Below the pieces are notes generated by a model. The model was not told the DNA's origin. It did not search any database and worked only from the letters and a program-made list of their open reading frames with translations. A stretch of DNA of 64,000 nt from Ylistrum balloti (lineage: Eukaryota), in NCBI RefSeq assembly GCF_031769215.1, contig NW_026781877.1:744001-808000 (forward strand). Reading direction: 5' to 3'. Positions 51,495 to 62,355 of the stretch are shown piece after piece; the first letter of the stretch is position 1, and every line of letters starts with the position of its first letter. A program made the translations under genes and the position numbers.

Positions 51495-51760
51495 GTTACG
51501 TGTACTTGTAAGTTAATTAAAACGTCCGACAAACCGAAACCAAACAAAATTGTACTAAACCAGAGATAAAACTTATAGATAGTAATCGAATCAATGGGAT
51601 ATTTGACTCAATAGCTATTTTGACATTTCATTGTTTCATTCACTAATTTGATATCATTACTACTTATAATTTCAAAATGACTTACAACAGGATTGATAAA
51701 GTATTAAGTTATGGACAAACGGCTATTTTAAGTCATCGCTTTAGCAAAGTAAAATTCAAA
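51495..51760. promoter_or_regulatory. Putative bidirectional promoter shared by DCAKD and RBM48
   Basis: Only 266 bp separate the two divergent start codons. A YY1-like AAAATGGC overlaps the RBM48 ATG. Confidence 0.75.
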
Positions 51761-51859
51761 ATGGCTGCTCCCATGGACGTTCCACTGCATCACGTTCGAG
51801 GGGAAATTTGTTCCACACGACCGACTTACAGAGAAGGAAGAAACCCAAAAGCAGTGAAA
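51761..51859 (+). CDS. RBM48: RNA-binding protein 48, exon 1
   Basis: MAAPMDVPLHHVRGEICSTRPTYREGRNPKAVK (human HHVQRAVCDTRAKYREGRRPRAVK). Donor AAA|GTAATA. Confidence 0.9.
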
Positions 51860-52793
51860 GTAATAACATTTCCCATTAATTTAAGTGATAGTTAGCATGC
51901 TTGTCTATAACCCTAATGAACAAGATCCTAAATTTCATACTGGTGTTGATTCAGCGATCGGCAAGATCTCTTAGTTAACCTGCAGACATCACAATTTTAC
52001 CTTATTGTAATTGACTATATAGCTAGTTTGTTACTAGATATTTGACGTGTTTGGATACGCCAAAAATGCAACAATGAAATTCAAATAATTCGCTGAAACT
52101 GAGCAAAGGCCAATGATATACTTTTCATTGGTTGACTGACAGGTTTTCGGTCTCCGTGACTCCTCCCGTGTTTAGGTGTCGTCTCTTTTCATTTCATGGA
52201 CCTACCTTTGATCATCTAGTTTTTTCATTTACATATGAGAAATGTGACCTGTTTGGTCAGACTTGACTGTATAGCCTGTGATAAGGGGAATGGTGGATAT
52301 TAATAGTATTAGTACGTTGAGAGGATGTACTAAATCTCTGAAACAACTAGGTTCATATAATTATATTCTGGCATTCTGTCAACTTGTATATATCTATCTC
52401 GACTTCAGACTGATATAAAAAATCGATAGAATGTCAGAATAATTCAAACACATTGACCCATTACAGAGGGCTTTTATCTTCTGAACTCGGACACGTGAGG
52501 GAAATCTAAAAGTGTTTTCTATAAATGAGGGGAGAAAACATCATTTTCTCATTCAAATGTCGAGATATCTGTACCATATGCTAATTCTATTTTCAAACAG
52601 AAATTTCGAAAATATGTGTCATCTAGTTTTGATACAAATTGGTGTAAACCATACTTCTATTCAATGCTTCATTTGATGTAAAAAAAAGATTTTTTGTCAG
52701 GAAAACACAGGTGTCAGAGCACATTCTAAAAATAGATTTCCTTATATACATGTGCATTTATAATAAGCTGAGACTATCCAATGGCTTACACCA

Positions 52794-52837
52794 TACCTGC
52801 CAACTTTTCAAAGTTCTCATCGGAAAGTTGGCAGGTA
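52794..52837. other. Perfect 14-bp inverted repeat with a 16-nt spacer
   Basis: TACCTGCCAACTTT / AAAGTTGGCAGGTA. Confidence 0.9.
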
Positions 52838-53437
52838 CATTTTGAATGTATTTCATAATGTAAAGATCCTGGTCAGTTATTGTGAATATTTTTATTTGTA
52901 ATTAACTTTCACAATCATTTAATGACTTTCCAGTACACAGCATGTATAAGTACAATTTGGTGACCTTTATGTACACATGTTTGAGTACAGAAGAAGAGAA
53001 TAATCAACTTATTTCTTTTACAACAAATCAAGTATTTTAACTTATATTAATTACTCTTGTTAACTCTGATAGATGTGCACAAGGAGTCTTACTATGAGAG
53101 GGTACTGGAGTACATATATATTTATATATATATACCAGGGGAAACCCACTTGATCATGAAGGTATTTCCATACCTTTTCACGTCTGTGTTGGCAATCCAA
53201 CCCTTGACGCATACATGTAGGTGAAAGACAAGTATGTAACTACTGCACCACCCAACCTTCCAAAGGTGGGTGGTACAGCTACCTTTGTTGAAATTCCAGT
53301 GCATCCTTTCAAATCCAAGGATGTCTGATTTCAAATTTAATGTATTTGAAAATGTTTGTGACCAACGTTAGTAGATCCACATTTAGATGTTTACATACTT
53401 ATATTACTATATTTAGATTTGTACCCTTGATTTTCAG

Positions 53438-53631
53438 GTATATACTATTAACCTTGAATCAAGCTACCTACTAGTACAGGGTGTACCAGCCTTGGGAGCC
53501 ACACAGGAGCTCATTAAGTTATTTGCTCTCTATGGTGCAATAGCAGAGTACAGAATTCTGGACGACTACCCAACAGCTGACAAGTTCACAGATGTATTCC
53601 TAATTAAATTTGAGCGTATCCAGGCAGCCAG
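53438..53631 (+). CDS. RBM48: RBM48 exon 2 (RRM)
   Basis: TTTTCAG|VYTINLESSYLLVQGVPALGATQELIKLFALYGAIAEY...LIKF; donor AG|GTATAC, phase 2. Confidence 0.95.
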
Positions 53632-54231
53632 GTATACTAATACACTAAATATAGTCAATTTACCAAAAACAACATTATGTCATTCACCTCATTTATTATT
53701 AAACAATACACACTTTGTTTTTAGCATACACTGCAATTATACTTATCATGTGAGTAACTGACCCACCCCACTCAACATCACACTTAATCTTGGCCTACCT
53801 TGATGAAAGAAATGAAGTTACAAATTAGTTGATATTATTACATTTTGAATGCTATAGCATCAGTTGACATGAAATATAATACAGTTATCTAGATATACAA
53901 CAAAATTATAATCCCTTTTTAAATTTTTATTGATAGTCTAAAATGTGCCCTGCCAGTTTCGTATTTGCCCTGGGCACTAAATACGGTGATTATGATACTC
54001 ACGATTTTTTTATATCCATGCTGAGAATTAATCACTGCTTTTCAGCTCAACTGATCCAAAAAGGACCAGTAAGTCTATACATGCCATCTCGACACAGTGT
54101 TGGTTAGCAGTTATCCTATTTCTCCACATTTTCTACCTAAAAAAAAGTTTTATGTTCAAAATGCCAGAATAGATTTTGTGTCTGGGAGATGAGAAATTTT
54201 GTTTAACATTTATGTAAAAAACATGTTTCTT

Positions 54232-54960
54232 TTTTTTAGCTCACCTGACCTTAGAGCCAAGTGAGCTTATGCTGTGGCGCGTTGTCTGTTGTCCGTCCAT
54301 CATCCAGTGTCAACTTTTTCTCAATAACCAAAGTGTTTTGATATTTGACTGATATGCTCCTATGATAAAGCTTGACAAAGTTTGTGAAAAGAAATTACAT
54401 TGACCTATATTCAAGGTCACAGGGGTGAAATTTATTAAAACCTTTATTCAACTGCTCATGAACTCAAAGTCCTGGATGCATGATGGAGGCTGGTATGTTC
54501 CTAGGATGAAGTCCGACAAAATGTGCAAAAAGAAATTACTTTGATCTATATTGGTCCAATCGATGCAAATACATGGGATTTGGTTGATAGGTTTCTAGTT
54601 TGAATACCGACCAAGATTGCAAAGGGAAATTACCATATCATTTGTTCAAGGTCACAGGGGTCAGATTTGTTAAAACAAACAACTTCTTCTGAATAACCAA
54701 AAGACGCAGAAGCATGGTGTTTGAGTCATAGGTTTCTAGGATTAAGCCAGACAAAGCTTGCAAAAAGAAATTACCTTGAATCTGTTTAAATCTTCAAACA
54801 ACTTCTTTTGACTGACCAAAAAGCAAAGAAGCATGACATTTGGCTGATAGGTCCTTAGGATGATGGCTGACATTTGGGAAAAGAAATGACCTTGACCCAT
54901 ATTGAAGGTCATAAGAATATCATTTTTTGAAACCTGTAAAAGATATCTTAAGGTCATTCA
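54232..54960 (+). mobile_element. Helentron-associated non-autonomous element (HINE/DINE-1-like), probably 3' truncated, in RBM48 intron 2
   Basis: T-run followed by the inverted pair AGCTCAC (54238) / GTGAGCT (54261), then a GTCC-type microrepeat and about 5 degenerate internal core repeats (GAAATTAC..TTGA..TCAAGGTCACAGGGG). No 3' hairpin recognised. Confidence 0.6.
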
Positions 54961-55090
54961 AAAGTCTGATATTTGGTGGAAAGATATCTCTAGGTCAAAA
55001 TTTGGCATTTACTTAAAATCCAGTTCATAACATGAAAACTAGTACTCCTTTGATCATTCCTAATTATTGTGATTTGGTGATGTATTTCAG

Positions 55091-55236
55091 AATTGCTCGA
55101 AGAAAGCTTGATGATTGGTCATTTTTTGGTGGCATTCTGCATGTGTGTTATGCTCCAGAGTATGAAAGTGTGGAGGAAACTCGTTTTAAACTTCAGGATC
55201 GGCGAAAAGCAATAGCTGCAAGGATTAGAAAAAATG
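55091..55236 (+). CDS. RBM48: RBM48 exon 3
   Basis: IARRKLDDWSFFGGILHVCYAPEYESVEETRFKLQDRR (human SFFGGLLHVCYAPEFETVEETR). TTTCAG| ... G|GTAGGA. Confidence 0.96.
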
Positions 55237-55626
55237 GTAGGATGATTTTTAATTAACTACAAACAGTGTAAACTTTTATGGTAATTTTCTGATCAAAATA
55301 AAAGACCATAGCATATTTTCAGTGTATTCAGTATAATTAAACATGATCCAATTACATTGAAATCCCTTTGTTTTGAGGTTTCAACATCAAACCCATCAAT
55401 GTATGTAACTGAAATTGTAGGTAAAAAGGATTATACTTTTGGTTAAAAAATTATATCATTACTAACTAGGTAGAAAGCTGATCATGATTATTTGCATATG
55501 AACAAAGAAAATGTAGTTTAGCTGCTATGCTAATTGACAGAAGTTTAACTGTATACTTTGAAAAATCAACTATAAATATGAACATGAATAGTTATTGTAA
55601 TGCATTGTTTACACTGTTGTTTTCAG

Positions 55627-56576
55627 AGGCTGAAAGTGGGCAACCCAAAGTGTTTAACAGTACGGAATCTCAGTCAGCCTTATCAGGTCAGAGTTCAAAT
55701 GATCAAGGTCAGAAGTCAAAAAATCAATTTTCTACTGCTAAAGGACCTCTCCCTGGGAATTCATTTCCTAATGCTCAGGAAATCAACCCTTCAAAAGAGG
55801 CAACCCACACTGACAGAACAGGCGCTAGAGAGACGCAAAGACTTACTTATAAGACCAATCAGTTTGATGCCCGTGTGCCACCAATACCATATAAGGCAGA
55901 CACTTCACCATTGGAGGAGGAACAACAGGTCTGGATTCCACCTCCACCTAAGGAAGGTTCTTCCAGGGAGGATCATTCCTGCAATTCAATGTCAGATTAT
56001 GAATTCGCGAGAGTTAGGACAGCGCACTCTGTGTTTCCACCTAATTATGATGCTAGAATTTTAACAGATTTTGACACCACAAAAAGTTGTCAGAGCACAT
56101 ACGCAAATAAAAAAAGTGAAACTAATCCAGCAGAAATGTCCAACAGCATTTCTGAAGCAAATAACAATTTTAGAGAAAGGTTGGGGAAAAAAAATTTATC
56201 AAAAGGTGACAATTCAGATGTTAGGATAAAACAAAAAGAGGTTCCTAGTAACTACGAGAATGATCAGTCTAGCATATCACATTCCAAAGTAAAACTTCAG
56301 GCAGGTGTTATTGTCCGGGCATTCAAACCACAGACAGCACCCCCCAAGTTTGTTCCAAGACAGATGATGAAGTTATCCAAGAAAACTGTTAATAATTCAG
56401 TAAATACATTGAAGGAGGAAGTGAACAGGGAGTTGAGACAGAATGCTTTAAAACTCGGAGATGTTCATGGACCTGTGGCTCAGGGCCAGGATAGTGTACA
56501 GGAACCAGTAAAACCTACAGAAACAGAGGAGTCAGTGGAAAAAACCAGGATGCAAATCAGAAAACGAGTCTCCGAG
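55627..56576 (+). CDS. RBM48: RBM48 exon 4 (long low-complexity region with the PKFVPR motif)
   Basis: TTTTCAG|AG continues phase 1. The 950 nt are open and end RMQIRKRVSE|GTAAGG, phase 0. Confidence 0.85.
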
Positions 56577-57335
56577 GTAAGGTTTTTTGGGTGACTACCA
56601 ATGTTTACATTCAGAATGTCACTTTAAGTTGACATTTCATGTACGAGTATATGCTTGTATTACTGTTGTTTAGCAATTTTAGGCCATGAAAATAAGATTT
56701 TCAACAAGTACTCCACTAGTGTTAGTAAAGTGATATATTCCTGCTACACTATTTCACATTTACAGTGGTTTACTACTGGAGTGCACTTAAGTAGTGATTT
56801 TAAAGGTCTGAAAGGGATCAAATTATTTGACCAACTTCATCTTGACCAGTGTTGGAACACCTACCCCAGTACTGGTTACATTAAACATTGGGCTGAATAT
56901 ATTTTCATATTTGTTAGACAAAAAAGGAGATGATATCTTCATTTTACTGGTTATAGACCTAGATAAACCTACAGGTATCTATATTAGTAGAAGTGTTCAC
57001 ATGTTAATATGTCCTAGACAGGCAGGCAGTGTTATCCACCTGTTGACTGAATGAAGATATGTTTTACTTATTTAGGATAATTTTAATGTTTTGGCACTTT
57101 TCTTTTTCTTTGTGTTGTCAGGAGATCTCACATATTACAAAGCATACCAAAAACTATTTCAATACATTTATTTTCAATATCATAAATGATAAAAGTGTTT
57201 GTAATCACTCACATGGATGTAAATTTCAGATTTAATATTTCATCATGTGAATACTTGATAACAGTTACAGTATTACTAATGACATGTCTTTTATGCCTAA
57301 TAGGGTCATAGCATCACCATCTTGTATCGTTATAG

Positions 57336-57383
57336 ATTACCAGTTCAGAGGAAAGTACAGCAAAGAAAGCCAAGTCCAGCTGA
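57336..57383 (+). CDS. RBM48: RBM48 candidate last exon (ITSSEESTAKKAKSS*)
   Basis: TTATAG| in phase 0, followed by AATAAA at 57398 and 57430. A competing acceptor exists at 57121/57122. Confidence 0.45.
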   Translation: MTSSEESTAKKAKSS

Positions 57384-57650
57384 CCGTTGTATTACGTAAT
57401 AAAGTCATGTTTTGTTTATTTATTTTCTCAATAAAATGTCTTTGAAAAAATAACTTTTCTTCTGTTATATTCGGAAATACATTTTTTACTAGCAGTTACC
57501 TCCCTTCATTCATGAGTTGCAGCATGTTGCGTTTCTACCGTTTACAGGCAGAGTCAGGTTTATTGTCCGATCCCGAGACACTAGGACAAAATGACTTTTG
57601 TTAAAATAAGTAATTGTGGACTGACTTAAACATATCGTGTAGAAGTTTTT

Positions 57651-59526
57651 ATTACACAACCAGTAGAGGATTTAAGTTTGACGTTTTGACGACTTCACGG
57701 TCACCTTCATCTTATAACACAACCAGTAGAGGATTTAAGTTTGACGTTTCGATGACTACACGGTCACCTTCATCTTATAACACAACCAGTAGAAGATTTA
57801 AGTTTGACGTTTCGACGACTTCACGGTCACCTTCTTCTTATAACACAACCAGTAGAAGATTTAAGTTTGGCGTTTCGATGACTTCACGGTCACCTTCATC
57901 TTATAACACAACCAGTAGAAGATTAGTGTGTGACGTTCTGATGACTACACGGTCACCTTCATCTTTTAATAACCAGTAGAAGATTTAAGTTTGACGTTTC
58001 GACGACTTCACGGTCACCTTCTTCTTATAACACAACCAGTAGAAGATTTAAGTTTGACGTTTCGATGACTTCACGGTCACCTTCATCTTATAACACAACC
58101 AGTAGAAGATTAGTGTGTGACGTTCTGATGACTACACGGTCACCTTCATCTTTTAATAACCAGTAGAAGATTTAAGTTTGACGTTTCGACGACTTCACGG
58201 TCACCTTCTTCTTATAACACAACTAGTAGAAGATTTAAGTTTGACGTTTCGATGACTTCACGGTCACCTTCATCTTATAACACAACCAGTAGAAGATTAG
58301 TGTGTGACGTTCTGATGACTACACGGTCACCTTCATCTTTTAATAACCAGTAGAAGATTTAAGTTTGACGTTTCGACGACTTCACGGTCACCTTCTTCTT
58401 ATAACACAACCAGTAGAAGATTTGAGTGTGACGTTTCGACGACTTCACGTTCACCTTCATCTTATAACACAACCAGTAGAGGATTTAAGTTTGACGTTTC
58501 GATGACTACACGGTCACCTTCATCTTATAACACAACCAGTAGAAGATTTAAGTTTGACGTTTCGACGACTTCACGGTCACCTTCTTCTTATAACACAACC
58601 AGTAGAGATTTAAGTTTGGCGTTTCGATGACTTCACGGTCACCTTCATCTTATAACACAACCAGTAGAAGATTAGTGTGTGACGTTCTGATGACTACACG
58701 GTCACCTTCATCTTTTAATAACCAGTAGAAGATTTGAGTTTGACGTTTCGACGACTTCACGGTCACCTTCTTCTTATAACACAACCAGTAGAAGATTTAA
58801 GTTTGACGTTTCGATGACTTCACGGTCACCTTCATCTTATAACACAACCAGTAGAAGATTAGTGTGTGACGTTCTGATGACTACACGGTCACCTTCATCT
58901 TTTAATAACCAGTAGAAGATTTAAGTTTGACGTTTCGACGACTTCACGGTCACCTTCTTCTTATAACACAACCAGTAGAAGATTAGTGTGTGACGTTCTG
59001 ATGACTACACGGTCACCTTCATCTTTTAATAACCAGTAGAAGATTTAAGTTTGACGTTTCGACGACTTCACGGTCACCTTCTTCTTATAACACAACTAGT
59101 AGAAGATTTAAGTTTGACGTTTCGATGACTTCACGGTCACCTTCATCTTATAACACAACCAGTAGAAGATTAGTGTGTGACGTTCTGATGACTACACGGT
59201 CACCTTCATCTTTTAATAACCAGTAGAAGATTTAAGTTTGACGTTTCGACGACTTCACGGTCACCTTCTTCTTATAACACAACCAGTAGAAGATTTGAGT
59301 GTGACGTTTCGACGACTTCACGTTCACCTTCATTTTATAACACAGCCAGTAGAAGATTTAAGTGTGACGTTTCGACGACTTCACGTTCACCTTCATCTTA
59401 TAACACAACTAGTAGAAGATTTAAGTTTGACGTTTTGACGACTTCACGGTCACCTTCATATCATAACGCAACCAGTAGAAGATTAAGAATGTGATGTTAA
59501 GATGACTTCATGTTCACCTTCATCAG
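57651..59526. repeat. ~63-bp satellite, ~30 monomers, with 187-bp three-monomer higher-order repeats
   Basis: The variant GATTAGTGTG recurs at 57921, 58108 and 58295 (187 = 63+63+61). Confidence 0.97.
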
Positions 59527-59555
59527 ACGGGCCATTTTCATCAAACATGAATTCG

Positions 59556-59622
59556 AAGATGAAGGTGACCGTGTTGTCATGGAAACGTCACACTTACATC
59601 TTCTACTGGTTGTGTTATAAGA
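59556..59622 (+). repeat. Single inverted copy of the 63-bp monomer
   Basis: GATGAAGGTGACCGTG..GGAAACGTCACACTTACATCTTCTACTGGTTGTGTTATAAG is the reverse complement of the monomer. Confidence 0.92.
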
Positions 59623-60858
59623 ATGTCTATCTATTGGCATTACCAACACGAAGAATTCAAACGCAGAGCAGACTGACTGTGGTTGTTTCTAGGAAATTGT
59701 AATGATAAAACACTGGACCATTGGACGAAGCATTACAGAAAGAATATTAGCGTTACTGCACGGTAACTACAGACAGTTGAAATAATCTAAAGTTAATTTG
59801 ACACGAATTACCAGGAATAGTATCTGTTTACTGTCGTTTTACGAAACACTGTTTCGTGTTTCAAATAAAATAAGAGGCTTTGGTCTAATAATGAAATTTA
59901 CCGTTACATTACGCCAGAAATTGCCACAAAAAACACAAAAGTAATAAAACCAATGAAGCCAGGAAATTATTCGATTAGAAATAAACCGTGCTGCTCCCCA
60001 CATAACAATAGCTCGGAAACATTTGAAGTAACGCGGATATCTTGTATTGATAGGCGAATGACTCGACCAAATGCTGACAACTATAACAGTCTTATACAGC
60101 CAATGAGAATGAATCATTGGCGGTAAACAAGTATACTTGGACCAACAGAACTTGTCATTTGTTGCTCTCAATGTCTTCGTCTGACACCAAGCACTGGAGT
60201 ATATTGACAGTATTGAAAGTTGGAAGTTCACGGTTGTGATAATTATGAGTTGACAGCAAAAGGACTTGACACTTTTGAATGCCTCTACGAGGCCCGTGTG
60301 TTTGGAAGTCAGTGCCAAGTCCTGGTGATTGATGGAAGGCATTCTACATCATACACGTACATATTATCATCTTGTGTAGGTAATCTGATTACTTAGTCGG
60401 TTTTTGGATGCAATATCCTTAAATCATAGGTATTGATAGTGTTCGCACTGTTACACCGCACTTAAAAATCAATCTATTTCTGATCCAGTGAGATGAAAAG
60501 CTAGGTCATTTTTTGTAACATGTGGAGACATTTTGTTGTATACATTGACCGAATCATATACTACAATGTTTTCATGAAAGACACTCGAAATTAAGACATC
60601 CGGATGAATTATATAAAATGAAAACAAATTTAAGACAATTTTTACCACATATCTCAGAAAAGCTAAATTTTGATGGATTTAAAGTAAAAAAAATGATGAA
60701 AAAAACCAAAGGAGTTGCGCCTGAAGTCGGAAATGTCGCAATAATATCAAAATACATTTCTAACTGGTGCAACCAATGAAAAAAACTCCAGAGTACATTA
60801 CATCGTGACTGCATTATATCAGAGACTTAAACAGAGGGCTGATTATATGTACCTAAAC

Positions 60859-61040
60859 AATGATAATATTGGTCATATTTTGGTCTCTAAATGGCCTCTG
60901 ATATATGCCCAGGCAATGATAATATTGGTCATATTTTGCTCTCTAAATGGCCTTTGATATATGCCCAGGCAATGATAATAATATTGGTCATATTTTGGTC
61001 TTTGAATGGTCTCTGATATATACCCAGACAATTATCATAA
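60859..61040. repeat. ~56-bp tandem repeat, ~3 copies
   Basis: AATGATAATATTGGTCATATTTTGGTCTCTAAATGGCCTCTGATATATGCCCAGGC units. Confidence 0.88.
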
Positions 61041-62259
61041 TTTGGTGTCTGTTTACATCTGCGTGGGTAATGGACATATTTCGACATCTGATTTGTACGC
61101 CGGCAATTAGTGCGCCGTAAATACAATTATATCATCTATAGTACATTTGACAAGACGTCGATGCCAAGAGAACTGGTCGCTTTTAGAGGCGCAAATAGAT
61201 TGTATGAAAATCTGAAAACGAACTTGTGTACACTGAAATTACTGTTTAAAAACATGGATAATATATAGTTAATTGATTTTTGTTCGCCGAACCTCTGTGT
61301 CAATCCTTGCCTTGTCTATCTAACCGCGGGTGTCTTTATCAAAGTGTGCTCCTGTTAGACCAGGTTACACATTCAGCCCCTGAGGACAACAAAAGGTGGA
61401 ATAAGTCTGACAATTGACAGAATTAAGTACGTATATATGTCTGGTGTATACTAGGAGGTCCTGTTTAGATCAATATTCGCCTCATCTCGGAAACATTTTT
61501 TTTAATCATCAAAATAAAACCTTAAATATTTTAGAACATAGCATTCAAGGTCACGACCTTCACTTCAATTTGGATTTCGAATAAATGGATGTATTATCTA
61601 ATAAAGGCTTCATTCGCGATCTTATTGATGAAGATTTACTGCTGTTTTAGTAAAGTTGTGTTCTCTCTAAAGCAGTTTAACAGTCGTACGTTTTATATCG
61701 ACCTTGAGAGAATGTCTTTCTTCACCTTAAGTCGAGGGAATAGGACCAGGCACGGTTAGCTTTATGGTAAAACTCAAGTTTTACAACCCATGGCGAACGC
61801 CAGTGTTTTTTGTCAACTTTAAACATAAAAACATGAAAATGTCACTCAATACGTCATAAGGGGAGGTGAATATAATTTCAGCTTGAAAGGAAGAATTGCC
61901 AGGATAACGTCAGTATACCTTACATAAAATACCACACTGTACCGGACATAGATGTGTTTAAGAACATCATGCACGTGATGTGGTTAGCAATTTGTCACAG
62001 ACACAGATTTTGTAATCAATTTCGTTTAAGTCACACATACAAATCACTTTCTGTAACCACGTGACTTAAATTTGTCGAGCGCAATGGAACGGCAGAATCG
62101 ATATTGATAACTACCTATCTGTACTTTATAACGGTCTCATTGGTATCAGATGTCGGTAGGAAAGTGTCGTGGTTTTAACGCTGATTTACCAAGAACTGAA
62201 TGTAGACTACATTGTAAAATTGAGAGACATCAATCATATATCTTATTTACGATTTGAAC

Positions 62260-62355
62260 TAGCCATTTTTGTAGTCACAATGTGAATTAGCCATTTTGTA
62301 CTTACGATGTGAAATAGCCATTTTGTGCTTACGATGTGAACCAACCATTTTGTGG
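62260..62355. repeat. ~28-bp tandem repeat, ~3.5 copies
   Basis: AGCCATTTTGT..TTACGATGTGAA units. Confidence 0.8.

Noticed and set aside
59839-60342. 167-aa minus-strand ORF
   Set aside because: No recognisable domain or convincing splice sites in any frame.
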